This document shows positions 11,898 through 29,433 of a stretch of 64,000 bases of DNA, piece by piece. The stretch comes from the human T2T-CHM13v2.0 reference genome, Homo sapiens, in the NCBI RefSeq assembly GCF_009914755.1, contig NC_060932.1. One strand, 5' to 3'. The notes under the pieces are model-generated. The model did no database searches. It was given only the letters and a program-made list of their open reading frames with translations, and was not told the DNA's origin. Numbering within the stretch: position 1 is the first letter of the stretch; every line of letters begins with the position of its first letter. The translations under genes were made by a program, and so were the position numbers.

Positions 11898-12873
11898 AGT
11901 ATACAACATTTTGAATTTGTCTTATTTCATTTCTTGTGTGGCGACTTTAGATGGCCACTAAAACAGGAATCAACTTGCCACCCTCTCACACAAATCAGAA
12001 GGCATCCTGTGATACTGTGCCACTATTTCAAAAAATATGCTTAAGTTTTATCTTCTAGTGGCTTCAAACCCTTCTTGGCGTACAGTCACAGTGGCCTCCC
12101 TTGACAAGAGGGAAATGCTGGGTGGGAGTTGGGGTGGGAGTTGCTGTTCTAGGAATCAGCAGCTGCCTCTGTCTTGCCATGCTTGCTTCTCTTCAACCCT
12201 GGCCCTTCCTGTCTACTGCAGGGCAAACATATTTACCATGCCATGGACAAAATTCATTGAGGTCTTTGAGATAATTTTCAGTTTCTGTTGTTATTTATTT
12301 ATTTATTTTTATTCACAAGGGGTTTGTTTCATTTTTGGCAAAATTTATCTTTTGAGAAAACCACATGGCCACTGGGCAAAGTCCTAAATGTAAAAACCGA
12401 GTACTACACTGATGGTAACCCTTTCCACGTTAATGTACAGACCCAATCCAATCCCAATAAAGTGTCAGACAGGAACTGGACAGGTGATTTCAAAGTTCAT
12501 TCAAAAAAAAAATAAATGAATGAAACACATCAAGAAACTTTTAAATAGAGCAGTTATGAAAGGGTCTGCACACTCCAGCTGTTAAATGTAGTTTAAAGCT
12601 ATAATAACTTAAATTCTATGTTAGCACTAGAATATGAAGGTAGATCAATAAAAATATCATCAATTGAAGCAAAAAAGTAGACCTTAGTTATAAATTTATA
12701 ATATGAGAAAAGTGGGATTTCAAATCATAGAGAAAGGCATGAAAACTCAATAGTATTGTGGCAATTGTTTAGCTTTGGAAGAAGAAAAAAACCTAAGTTC
12801 ATACATATACATTACAAAATATGTAAAAACAAAGTCTAGGTGGACTACCTAGTTACACGTAAAAACTAATACT

Positions 12874-13162
12874 GGCCGGGCGCGATGGCTCATGCCTGTA
12901 ATTTAGCACTCTGGGAGGCCGAGGCAGGTGGATCGCTTGAGGTCAGGAGTTCAAGACCAGCCTGGCCAACATGGTGAAACCCCATCTCTACTAAAAATAC
13001 AAAAATTAGCCAGGCTTGGTTGCGAGTGCCTATAATCCCAGCTACTCAGAAGGATGAAGCAGGAGAATTGCTTGAACATGGGGGTTGGAGGTTGCGGTGA
13101 GCCGAGATCGTGCCACTTCACTCCAGCCTGGGCAAAAGAGCGAAACTCCGTCTCAAAAAACA

Positions 13163-13200
<38 letters not shown>
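12874..13200 (+). mobile_element. AluS inside old L1M-like DNA
   Basis: Full Alu with (CAAAA)n tail. Confidence 0.93.
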
Positions 13201-13201
<1 letters not shown>

Positions 13202-13861
13202 CACGAACAAAACACAACGAGACAAAAAACTAATAATAAAAGAATTAGAAGGAAGTGGAGGTGGAGATAAAGCTACAGGAGTGAAAAGGTTTTCTAAGCA
13301 AAACATCCAAGATGGCAATGATGGAGAAAAAGGTTGATAGATTTAGCTACGTAAGAGTTTAAAATATTTTGATTTCAACATGCCTCACACAAAATTAAGA
13401 CAAATCTTTATTAGTTTACGTGGCGGAAAAGAAGTTGATGTTTCATCTGTCTGGCAAATCAACAGGAAATCTTAGTATTGCGGTGAAAATTGGGTGAAGA
13501 ATATGCACAGAGAAAAAGAAAATAGACATCAACTAGTCAAGTTCCAGGGTGATGAATTAAATGACCCTTTTATTCACAAAAATGCCAAATAGAACAAAGA
13601 GAAACCATTTTTTTTCTTCTTAGATTGAAATCATGTAGGGGGAAAAATACTACCCAAATTTGGCCAGAGTTGTGGAAAAAAATCACTACTAGAGGTAAAG
13701 TAAATAAACATTTATTTCAGACATGATGTTGAAATTTGTTTTTAAAAATCTTAAATATGAACCTTTATTTTGGTTTCTGAATTAACTTTCTAGGTGTTTG
13801 CTTCAAGGAAATAAACAGAGTATGTAGAAAGATTTAGTATAAAGATATCCACTAGAGTACC

Positions 13862-14157
<296 letters not shown>

Positions 14158-15089
14158 TAGAGTACCCTTTATAATAAGCTGATTATAAAGTAGTGGGGCA
14201 GTATGAAACCAATTAAATCTTAAAAAGAATATCTGTGTATACAAAAATACTAGAAGGAACAATGGGATGTATAATTGATTTTTGTTTTGTTTGAGATTTT
14301 ACACATTTTATTTCTCTAGAATTTTAAACATATGAAAAAGATTATTTTAAAAAATCATGATCAGTTAAGTGTCTCCGTTTTTCTAATTTTGAAGTAAAAT
14401 CTCACATTCCTATGACACACATTTTTTCTCCCATAATTGTGAATGTGCCATAACTAGCTCTAGTCTTTTATGGCCATAACTAGCTCTAGTCTTATGTGAA
14501 CAGAGCTAAATTCTATTTTGATACAATAACAGTCAGGCCATTCACAGAAATACATGCAGAATAAATGATGTGCACATATTCCAGGAAAAAATGGAGTGGT
14601 ATATTTCCACATTTGTAAGTATTTTTTATGTTTAAACATGATATAGAAACAGTCTTTACATGGAAACAAATAGCAATGATGAAATTCAACATACAAATCA
14701 GTCATAACAAAATTCATATATGGCATTGACTTTGAACTTCAAGAATATGTTCAGCAAATACGCTGTATACTGGTAAAGAAAAAAACCAGACAGCCTGATT
14801 TTTCATCTTTATATTATTTCTTCTTTCCAAAGGTCATTTTAAATATTATCATATTAATACTGGTGAGCATAGCATCCTTAGAAGTATTAACAAACATATT
14901 TTCTTATTTTTTTCCTGGAACTCTGAATACCCTTTTTTTCCTGTGGTCGCTAAGCAAATAAGGCAACTCTATGAATGGTCTAATTTTATGTGTACAATAT
15001 TATGCTATTGGTATTCTGAACTTATGTCCAAAATATGTTGAACCTAGTAACGCAGGGAAACATTGTATATTTCTAGTTCATAAACTTCA

Positions 15090-15527
<438 letters not shown>

Positions 15528-16479
15528 TTACTGTTTTGGAGAAAGTAAAAACTAATTAATTTAACAAGCCATTTTGACTGATGAATGCCCTGGACTTGGG
15601 AAAGAAAAAGGAGTATAAAAGCAAGTGTCTCCTTCCATATTTTCAGGGCATAATAGCCTCCCCTTCCCTGAACAGTAATACATTGTCATAATCTGAGTAG
15701 CAGGACGGACATGTGATTTTTCACCAGTCATTGCTAAGAGTGGAACGCACTGTAAACCTGCACTGGAAAGTTCTTTATCCTGTCTCACTGCTGCTCTCAG
15801 TTATGTTTTACCCAGACAGAAATGGGATAAATTCCACTGAAACAGCTACAATATGAGAAATAGAGGAGTTAATCATTATTAACATTGATTAATACATACT
15901 GATTTCAAAAGTACACCATATAGACACATGCAGAAATGCATATTGCTTGCTTTATGGTTGATGTGAGAATTGTTTAAAGTCTAGTAAAGTGAATGTCGTA
16001 AAATAGAGACTTTCTAAGCATACGCTTTTGAGAAAGACCATTTTGTCATCAGCTTAGCTTTCTCTGCCACCTCTACCTTGCAGATGCCTTTCAAAACGGA
16101 ACCTGTTAAACTTACCAAACTTGTCATTTGTTTGCAAAGCTTGATGCCATGGGTTAGGCATTTTATCGGTTTTCAGTTCATTTGGATCAATAACAACATA
16201 TAATGTTAACAATTGGGCAGGTATACTTTCATTCCTGACCCTGTTACGTGTCACAGAGACCTGGGAAAAATGCCCAGCGATAGGGAACTGGGCACACCTA
16301 CTATAGTATGTGCAAATAAGCCAACGTTGAGGCTGGAAGGACATTAGAGAGCATGTACTCTAACGTCTTACTTTCTTAATGTAGGTACCATGGTGCAGGC
16401 AGAAGTGACTTTCGAACTGATGATGGGAAGGTAATTAGCACCAACTCTGGGAGCCTTTTTTCTTTAATAGTAAGATGAA

Positions 16480-17161
<682 letters not shown>

Positions 17162-17415
17162 AAAAATGATATTTTTTGTTAATACTAACAGAGCTGGATT
17201 AATCTATATTTGGGTAATATTGAGTTTCAACCTCCTTATACTCATCATCTAGTGTTTCCGAAATTTATAATAAAAATGGGAACCTACAAGAGTATAGCAG
17301 AGAGCAGTACATTTGTATTGATGACATTGTTAGTGATGTGAGAAGGCAATATTTAGGTATATCTAGCTTTCTGTACCTATGGAATATAAGCTAAAGAGTC
17401 AACATACATTGCAAC

Positions 17416-17703
17416 ATTTTTATTTGAGGCAGAGTCTCACTCTGTCGCCTAGGTTGGAATGCAATGGCGCCATCTCAGCTCACTGCAACCTTCTCCCAAG
17501 TTCAAGTGGTTCTCATGCCTCAGCCTCCTGAGTAGCTGGGATGAGAGGCGTGCGCCACCACACCTGGCTAATTATTGTATTTTTAGTAGAGATAGGGTTT
17601 CACCATCTTGGCCAGGTTGGTCTTGAACTCCTGGCCTCAAGTCATCTCCCACCTCGGCCTCCCAAAGTGCTGGGATTATAGGCATAAGCCACTGTGCCAA
17701 GCC
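17416..17703 (-). mobile_element. Alu (S/Jb)
   Basis: Full Alu body. Confidence 0.92.
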
Positions 17704-17778
17704 AAAAATATTTCTCTCATTGACATTATAATTGAATATTTCTGAAAGTAGAATTTTTTCATTTTAATTTCACTTAGG

Positions 17779-17899
17779 TATTTTAGAGATGGGATCTTGC
17801 TATGTTGCCCTGGCTAGCCTCAAACTCCTGGGCTCAAGGGATTTTTCCACCTCCACTTCCTGAGTAGCTAGGACTGCAGGTGCATGCTACTGCACCCAG
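17779..17899 (-). mobile_element. FLAM/Alu monomer
   Basis: Monomer-length Alu similarity. Confidence 0.75.
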
Positions 17900-18719
17900 A
17901 AGAATATTTATATGTAACTGGACGATTTGAATGTGAAATTTCAAACTGGAATGATAAAATGAAGCTGTGAAAAGGATACAAATTGCAGTGGGTAGAATGG
18001 GGAAGATAGAAAATCAAAAGAAAGCAAACACATTAGGAATTGGCAGCCTTCTTTAAGAAACCTACAGTGGCCAGTCAACGCCCTGTCCTGTTATCAGCCC
18101 CCAGCCACATGTTATTTGTGTTTTGATTTAAATAGGTTTTAAATCTCTTAGAAAATTGATTCTATTAGAGAGTAATTCATGAACAGTAAATTCTAGTGAT
18201 GATGTTGCTTGGTTGCCAACTCTGCTCTAAATACCAGATTTAATGAATTTGAAGATATGTGCTCCCTCTCTTGCCTGGGGAATACCCGCTGATCCCATTG
18301 GGAGGAGGTGGGCTGGATTTAGAGGATGTGTCAGCTGAAAGATACGTGGGAGAGGTAATGACCTGTGTCACCTGTTAGTCACATTACCTGTGAAAAGTTA
18401 CTTATTGTGCAGGCAATAAAAGTTACCTCATGGAGGCAAGAGTGCCTATCTGTCACTGGTTGGCAAAGAAGGAAGTTGCTTGAGAGAAACCCATAAAGTA
18501 TGTGAATTTTGAACTGCATGATAAGGAAGATAGAAAGTAAGGGAGAAGACATTGGTAAGAAATGACATACCAGTGACAGGTTTGGCTAGTTTAAAATAAA
18601 ATTGCAAGAGACTCTAGAGAAGTTGGCAATCAGTTTCACTAATTAAATTGAGGATGGCCAGTGCTCACCATACACATAGCATGATTTCCATCTTAAAGAC
18701 ATAGAGCATTGAGTTGGTT

Positions 18720-19451
<732 letters not shown>

Positions 19452-19522
19452 AACTATCTTTAAACAGGAATATCAAAATATCTTAGGAATATGTACAACC
19501 AAAGAGTAGAATTCCTCTAGAT

Positions 19523-19837
19523 CAGTGATGTCCAATAGAGATACATGTAGTTATATATGTAATATAATTTAAAATTTTCTAGTAGTGAGATTAAAAAAGG
19601 TAAAAAAAGAAATTAATTTTCATATGATATTTTATTTAATCCAATATATCTAAAATGGCTTCATTTCAACATGTACTCAATATTAAAATTATTGGTGAGA
19701 GATCTACATTCTTTTTTTGGTGCTAAGCCTTCAAAGTCTGTGTGTTCTACACTGTGTCACACTTCAATTCAAGCTCACCATATTCAGAGTGTTCAGTAGC
19801 ATCAGGTGGCATATTGTGATTGGGTTGGACAGCACAG
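19523..19837 (+). mobile_element. MER33/MER3 (hAT-Charlie)
   Basis: Ends cagtgatgtccaat ... ttggacagcacag; TSD-like ctctagat / aactagat. Confidence 0.8.
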
Positions 19838-20067
19838 AACTAGATGCTAACAGCTGGGGAAGAGGAAGAAGTGGAACTGGAAGGCTGAAATCCATTGACA
19901 GTCTGTATGCAGAATAGTCATCTCTTGACAGCTGAGGGTGGGAGGCCGGAGAGGGAGGATCTGTATAAAAAACAGAATGAATGCTCGGTAGTGAGAAATC
20001 TATTCATATAACCCGTTGTATTAATTAAAAAATACTAACAGATTCTTTTTGTAAAATTTAAAATCAA

Positions 20068-20208
20068 TTTTTAAACTTTTATTTAGGTTCAGGGATACAC
20101 TTGGAGGTTTTTATGTGTGTAAATTGCATGTCACGGGGGTTTGGTGTACAGGTTATTTAATCACCCGGTTAATAAGCATAGTACCTGATAGACAGTTTTT
20201 CGATCCTC
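20068..20208 (-). mobile_element. Short 5'-truncated L1PA 3' end
   Basis: aacttttatttaggttcagggatacac...taataagcatagtacc; flanks agattctttttg / agattctattttg are TSD-like. Confidence 0.7.
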
Positions 20209-20547
20209 TAAGATTCTATTTTGTTAACATTCAACATGAACGACTAATTAAAACAACAACAACAACAACAACAAAAACCCGTGGTGAAATAAAATAGAGG
20301 GATATTTCCCTCAGTGGTAAAGAATATTTACTTAAATCAATGATCAACTTTATAAGTGGTTTAATAGCAGAAGCATTCCCAGCAAGTTCAGAACTATTTT
20401 TTAAGCATTGAGCTGGAAGGGCTAACCAATTAAATTAGATAAGGGCCTACATTTAAGGGTAAAAATATTGACAGGAAGAGGCAAAATAGAAAAAAGATCC
20501 CATTTACAATGGTGGTGACAAGAAAATTAATAGGATTTCAATGAAGT

Positions 20548-20960
20548 CGTAGTAGATTAAAAATGACTACAAATTATTTGCCACTTTGCTTAGAAAGAGG
20601 CTGAATCTAATTCACCCCTCAATGACTAGGCTTGGCCACGTGACTTGCTTCGGTCAATGGGACACTGGCAAGTATGGCGTAGCAGAGGCTTGATAGTTGC
20701 TCACGCATTGGAGCTTGTCCAAGTAAAAAAGCTAGTCTAGTGCGTGGAGGATGAAAGGAGGCTTGGAAGAGGACCAAGGTACCCAGCTGCCAGCTCGATC
20801 CAAGGCTCCTGACAAGTCCATCTTGGTCCCTGCACTGCAGCCAGCTGAATGTAGTCTCATGAATGAGCCCAGACAAGAACATCAAATGATAGAGAAATGA
20901 TATATAGTCAATCATTAACTTTGGGGATAGACTGTCATGCAGCAATAATTAACTGATACA
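20548..20960 (+). mobile_element. MLT1 (MaLR) solo LTR
   Basis: ggccacgtgacttgcttcggtcaatgg and terminal gcagcaataattaactgataca. Confidence 0.7.
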
Positions 20961-23332
20961 GAAGAAAACTGCTTTAGAATCCCGGAGTTGTAGTTATTTT
21001 GGAAATCATCTGATGGCCTTGCCTTATAACAAAGGGATACTGGAAACTGGGAGTAGACAGTTTAAGAGAGGGGATGACATGGGCAGGTTTGAGGCCAGCA
21101 ATTTCATCTCCATTTATGCATTAATTTAGTAATTCTTTCATCAAGCATTCTTTGAATGCTCACTGAGCTTGGTGCTCAGAAAAATGGAACAGGCTGAGTT
21201 CAGAGGGAGAGACAGGCATAGGAGGAAACAGCCATGATATCAAGAGATAAACAGTATAATAAAAGTATATGCAGAGGGCTGTTTCCAGGGACATGGGGCC
21301 AAAGTGGGAGGGTCACTGAAGTGACATTTGGACTGGGTCATAAAGGATCAATAAGATTTTATGAGTCAGAGAAGGTTGGGGAAGGACATTTCAGGCAGAG
21401 ACAGGAGTAGCAAAGGCCCAGAAATGTCTTAGTGTAAACCAAATCAAGGAAATGGTAGGGGGTATGGACCAGTCTCTAGCCAGGTGATAAAAGGACATGA
21501 TTTAATTTGACTTTTGTCCTTGCAGACCTCATTCTGCAAATCCATTGTGGATTGCCTTCCAAGGAATCTTGATTTCAGCTAACTCTTCACCACCCTTTTT
21601 GCAACAGGTTTCAGCTAGGACCTACAAAGTGAAAAGGACACCTCCTATAATATTTAGCTAGACGGTTCAGAATTTATACCTTGTCTCGTCTTTGCTGTTC
21701 TGTCTTTAACATAATGTAAGTTTCACTGCTGATTCATTTTATCTTAATAGACAGGTAAGCATAATTTTGCACATGACATTTGGAGATGATCTGCACTTGG
21801 AAAATGAACTGATTTGTTTTCTTCCCTGCAGAACATGGGAAAGGAGAACTCTAATAGGTTACAACCAGTTTACTTCACCAGCTCCCCCTTTGGCATTGAA
21901 ATAAGCGTTTTGACTTCTTTGTAATATACCTGAATATCATTTATTAGAATTTGACACAAAGACAAGTGTTCTTCATTGTTTGTATCTGTAACTAGGGAAA
22001 TATGTTTTCTGAGAGTTTTAACATTCCAATCCATCATCTAGCTAATCCTTTTAATTCCTGTAGATAAGTAAATAGAAAAAAATGTATCAATCATTATTTT
22101 TATTTTTACTAGCCCACATCCTCATTCAGAGGTTGCACTGTTGATGATATTAAGGCAATCATGTTCTTTTTTAAACACCTGACTCATTGCTTGTTTCTAG
22201 TTAATATGGAAATAAATGGCGCTCTCTCTCTCTCTCTTTTTAATAAAAGGCTGGCTTGTGCTGTTCCAGTGCTTACAGTGAAACTGAATGTCAAGTGAAG
22301 CCATCTGAAAATAAAAAGGGACCAGAAATCATCTTGTCTCTTTATTTTGTGACATGTTTCATTCTTCTCTTTCCAGCAACTTTAAAAAATTCATTCAGTT
22401 TGCTTCCATTTCTGTTATTTTAAAAATATGTCCTCTTGTTTCTTTGATTTTCTTAAGTAGCATAAGCCACTCCTGCCTGTAGACACACACACTCATTCTG
22501 CCTTGTTGTGCTGGGCCGTCAGCAGGAACCACTCTTAACTCTAGCTCCATGTGAGCTCTCTTCCAGGAAGTAATGGAGCTGGGGAGCTGGTACTTGAAGG
22601 ATGAGACTTCACCAGGCAGTTAAAGGAGAAAAGCGATCCAGGCAGAGGAAACAGTGGGAGCTAAAACCTGGAAGAGTAACTCCTGAGGGTCATGAAGTTT
22701 GTCCTACTATAAATGTACAAATGTGTGTGTGTGATCTCACCATCGCCATCACTGTGACGCTGCTGAGGCAGGTTCAGAAAAAACTTGAATGTCACGCTGG
22801 AGGGTGTGGTCTTTATTCTGCAGGTGAGAGAACTATGAGTGGTTTTAAAGCCAGGTAATGCCATGCCCTGATTTGGTTTTGAGCCATCACTCTGTAGCAG
22901 AACAGAGAGAAAGGGGGGCTGGTTAGGAGGCTATTTAATTGCGGTGTATCACGTGACAGATGTTAGACTTGGAAGTCAGTATTCCAGAAGAGAAGAGCAA
23001 AAGTAATGTGGTACTGGGGGTGGTGGTTAGCCTGGGGACTGGGTGCATGGCGAAAGCCAAGTTTCACAGCAAGACAGGGAAAAGAAGGTGTGTGTGAATG
23101 GCGAGGCCAGGGACAGGGACGTGGGAGGGGAGGAATTTGGCTTTGGATATTTAGAAAGTTCAGGGAGGAAGATTGCATAGATGACTCTGAGATCTGATAA
23201 TGGATCAAGGTGAAGTCTGATGCCTTTTGTTTGCTTGCTCGGTTGCCAGCATTTTTAGACACTTGTTTATCTGTTTGGGTGTTGTCTCTTTCCACCTGCA
23301 GCTCCCTAGATGTTTACGGTCACTTTTCATAC

Positions 23333-23661
<329 letters not shown>

Positions 23662-24280
23662 TAACAATGAAAGTTTCCCATTGCCTTTTTTTTTTCTTTT
23701 TGCTGAAATGTACTCTTCTAGCATTTAAAGTCAAAGTGAATACAATGTCAGGTTAACCCACTTGAAAATAAAAGCAACCGACTGCCATAACAAGACTTAA
23801 AAAATAATATAGAGCTGCTGCTTTTCCTCTCTCTCATGTTTTATTTTTACCCTTATGATTTTCTCATAATCACTTTGATTTTTTTCTTCCAATATTCTTT
23901 TCCCATCTTCCCACTTAGAAGGAAGCAGTAGATATTGGGGCATTTTTCCTGGTCATTTTCAGAGCATTGGTTCTGCACTGCAGGGTTAGTTACCTACCAC
24001 CTACCTAGGAGATGGGGGAAGTTACCTCCCCCTCTCTCAAGCTGTCTCGGGGAAATAATTAGAAACTCAGATTAAAATTTTCATTCCCATAGCTTGAGCT
24101 GTGAAACAACAAGATACATGACAATATTCTTGGAATATCCTTACTCATAAATGTCAGAAAATGCCTTCCTTAAAAAATAGAAATGTAAAAATTTCTTCTT
24201 TTTATTGCAACACTTACCTATGGGCATGTAATAGCCCTCACTGAATAGTTGTTGAATGAATTAAAATATAAATTATTCAC

Positions 24281-24635
<355 letters not shown>

Positions 24636-25039
24636 TAAATTATTAAAAAAAGATTTATGAACTCTACGAATGACTTCTCCTTTTTATTACACAGCACCAC
24701 TGTTGTAACAAAATGATGTTAGTTTTAATCTCCAAACCAGTTCCGTAAAATGCTAAAAACTCATGATGATTCAGAGACATGTTGACTGTCATCTGCCACC
24801 AAATCACCATTTAAAAAGATAAAGAGTCCTATATTAGATAGAAAGAGGCCTCATATAGAGTATTTCATCCCCCAAAGCAGGTGCTCATCAAAATAGATTC
24901 TAATAATTATGGACTCTAATTCAGTGGATGATAGGCTTATGTTACAGCAATCAAAGTGCCTTTTTTCAATTAGTGCATGTCAAATAGAATAGGAAGGTTT
25001 GGGCTTCTCTGTAATGACATGGTTATTACCGATTTCTTA

Positions 25040-25462
<423 letters not shown>

Positions 25463-26358
25463 TCAACACACCTGGGGCAGGTTCTAAATTTGTCTACATT
25501 ATTTTTCTTTACGGAACTTTCCAAACTCTTGCTAGGCCACAACATGAACCTGACAATTGTTTCTTTCTGAGCGAAGATCCTGTCAGACAAGTGAGCCATT
25601 GAGACTGGAACCCGCTGTGGGTTTGTGTGTTGTATGTTGCAAAAGGCAGGGTCCTTTTTGCATAACGGATCCTCCTGAGACTGAGGCTGGACTTGAGTTT
25701 GTTAGTCACAATTTTCATTTCCGTAATGAAAAACCACTTTCTTAAAGACAACTTTATTAATCAGAGAGTGGAATTTCAGATTATAGAGACAACTAAAGAT
25801 TTGGATGAATTTTAGCATCCATTCTGTCTATAGTAAAATGAAGATGCTGTACCTTCCATATACCATTTCCTGGGTGCCAGGCATTGTGCATAGTACTTAG
25901 CTCACATCAACTCATCCTATTCTTTTGCAACGGGGTGTGAAATGTGACTTTTCCTGTGCCCTCCTTGTGTTTGGCAGAGGCTTCAAAGCTCAACCACAGC
26001 AGGTGCCAGACCATCTCTGCAGAACCAGTTTGGCCACCATCACTCATCATGCTCCTCCAGGCTCCATAAGAAAAAGTGCAAAAATTCCCTAGGAAGATCA
26101 GGGCAGAGACATCCCTCTAGAAAGAGTCTTCTGCCATGGTGTGGCCTCCCCATTTTCCCGGTATCTCCCAGGGCTCTTTGTACAAGGCGGGCTCTGCAGA
26201 GAGACAGTAAAAACCAACCTGATTCTTCCTCAATATCATGGCATGTATTTTTCCAATAATTGCTCTTCTCTGTCCTTGGATGAATTTCTGAGTTCATTGA
26301 TTTACCTATCACCTTCAGATATTAAAAAATCTGATACATAGTTGAAATGCCAACACAC

Positions 26359-26523
26359 ATTTATTTTTTATTTTTATTTTAAAAAATATTTTTAAAGTAA
26401 ATACATAAAGACATAGGCTTGCTGTGTTGGCCATACTGGTCTCAAATTCTCAGCCCTGAGCGATCCTCTCGCTTTGGCCTCCTGAATTATTGGGATTATG
26501 GACACGAGACACCGCACCCAGCC
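26359..26523 (-). mobile_element. FLAM/Alu monomer
   Basis: Monomer-length Alu similarity. Confidence 0.7.
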
Positions 26524-27086
26524 CCAACCCACATCCAATTCACCACAGTGTTTCCTCTCCTTAGACGCATCCTGCCTCCAGCTAGGAGGTCTACAGTGTG
26601 GCCAGGCCACAGTTAACTTCCTTCCTATCCCCTCATCTGTCTTCCACTAGTCCTTTCCCCGAACTTACTGTGCTCCTTTGGGGTTCAAGGGAAGAGAGGA
26701 GAAGTGTTGAGGGGCTGAAAAGGCTGTCTTTGACTGGGGCAGTGCTAATCTGCCCACACAAGTGTGGCACATGGCCACATATGGATTGTGTGTCTCCTGG
26801 GTCCCTCTTGTGGGGATCTTGGACAGCCCCATTGGGCACAACCAATGATCATTCCTGGGTTGGCCTCTTCAACTTCTATCCACTCTGACTCCCTGTAGGT
26901 GGGGATTACTGCTGCCACCTCCCCTCCTCCCAAGATGGTCTTCTCAGATGGAGTCTCCTTCTTTCTTTCTTTGGCCCAGATCAAGGCCATCTGGCCCATG
27001 GAAGTCATAGCCGCTGTGATGCCCCTGGTGTGGTGCTTCTAGCTCCTCCTAGAGCCCACTCCTCCCTCTGCCTCCAGGGAAGTTCA

Positions 27087-27434
<348 letters not shown>

Positions 27435-28432
27435 CCATGAATGAGACACCAGTCCATGCATACTCTCCACACTTCAAGTTTTCCAACATTTTCTAATATT
27501 TTCTGGTTTCTCTCTGATCTGAAGCAGGTGGGTTGCAGAAGGGCACCCCTTTCCTTACCTGCCTCCTCCCATTTGGGTGAACTGCATGGCACCCCAGCAG
27601 CCCTCCACAAGGACACTCTCCCTGGCAGCCTCTCTAGCACATCTTATTAATATTCTCTTTTATATCTTGAGAGGAGTAATTGGCTCATTCGGCAATGGTG
27701 GCAAATGGGTTTGGGGATAATTCTGCAAGTCTTGTGGAAATGGCCAAAAGCCTGCCTGAAAACGTGGTGGTGCTTGACACTTCTTGTTTTCAGTTTTGGG
27801 TCCTTGGTCCAAACTCTGCTAACACTTAATCTGTGGATTAGGAGTTTACAAATGTCCTTTTTACAAATGTTGAAACTAAGACTCAGAAAGGTTAAATAAG
27901 TTGCCCAAGTTTGCATGACTAATAAATGGTAAAATGGAATTCTGCTTACTGCTGTCTCGTGATTTCCCAGAATCCAGTGAGTGTTTACAAAACCCGGGAT
28001 AGAGGTTAGGAGAGGTTGCTTGAGTTTCTGACTCAGCAGTTTTGTTGCTATTCATGTAATGGAAAACCATATTCTAAAACACAACTTTTCAAGCACAACC
28101 GATCTGTTGTATGGTCCTGAGTTTAGCTAAAATTTTATTTCTTGTAAAAACTGAGGCTATGTGGACTGTAGGTGAGTCCTTTTTGGTTCCCAGAGTTTAG
28201 AACAAAGAGTCAGGAGGCTGACCCCACAATCTCCAAAGTCCATTTTTCCATCTGAACAGATAAATAGGGTCCTTTAAGGTGGTGGAAAATAAGTACCTTT
28301 TTAACATCTCTCTAGAATAAGAAACACAAGGATATTGTATAACAGCTTAGGACTTTTGTTTCCCTTTGACTTCTCACATTGCTTTTGTGTAATGTTGGCA
28401 TTCAAAGTTTCTTTATTTTTTTGATTAACATC

Positions 28433-28880
28433 CGTGTTTTTTCCTAGGGCTGCTGTTGCAGAGAAACACAGAGTGGCTTAGAACAACAGAAATGCATTAC
28501 CCTGCAGTTCTGCAGGCTATGGTCTGAAATCAAGGTGTCAGCAGGGCCGCGCTTCCTCTGAGCCTCTAACGGAGGATCCTTCCTTGTGTCTTCCAGCTTC
28601 TTTTGGCCTTAGGCAATTTTTGGTTTGCAGCGGCGTTAACTCCAATCTCTGCCTCCTTCATTACGTGGCCTTTTCCTTAAGTGTCTGGGTCCACATTTCC
28701 CTGTTCTTAGAAGAACACCAGTGATATCTGACTAAGGACCCACCACTCCAGTCTGACTTCATCTTCACTTAGCTAATTGCATCTGCAAGGACACTATTTC
28801 CAAGTCAAGTCACATTCAGTGGTACTGGGAGTTGGAACTTCAGCATACCTTTCTAGGGGGCCACAATTCAACCCATCACA
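28433..28880 (-). mobile_element. MLT1C/D-like MaLR LTR
   Basis: agggctgctgt...ggcttagaacaacagaaat...aatcaaggtgtcagcagggc...cacaattcaacccatcaca. Confidence 0.8.
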
Positions 28881-29078
28881 ACTCTCAGTTACATATTTCC
28901 ATCCCCATGGAAACAGGAGCTGCAAAGGGCATTTTTGTGAAGAAGCTAAGGTTGTCTTTGAAGCCTGCCTTCTTTTCCCAAGGGCAGAGGAAAACTTCTG
29001 CCACTCAGCATCCTACATTCTCAAAGCCCTCCATTTGGGACACAAGGAATTTTATACATTCACACATCCAATGTACAT

Positions 29079-29433
29079 TGGTTTGGCTGTGTCCCCACTC
29101 AAATCTCATCTTGAATTGTAGCTCCCATAATTCCCATGTGTTGTGGGAAGAACCCAGTGGGAGATAATTGAATCATGGGAGTGGTTTCTCCTATACTGTT
29201 CTTGTGGTAGTGAGTAAGTCTATCAATATCTTTTGGTTTTTTAAGGAAACCCCTTTCACTTGGTCCTCTTTCTCTCTTGTTTGCCTCTATGTAAGACGAG
29301 CCTTTCCCTTTCCGCCATGATTGTGAGGCCTCCCCAGCTGCATGAAATTGTGAGTCCATTAAACCTCTTTTTCTTTATAAATTGTTCATTCTCGGGTATG
29401 TCTTTATCAGCAGTGTGAAAGCAGACTAATACA
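29079..29433 (+). mobile_element. THE1 (THE1B/C-like) solo LTR
   Basis: tggtttggctgtgtcccc...gactaataca; 5-bp TSD tacat at 29074-29078 and 29434-29438. Confidence 0.9.
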
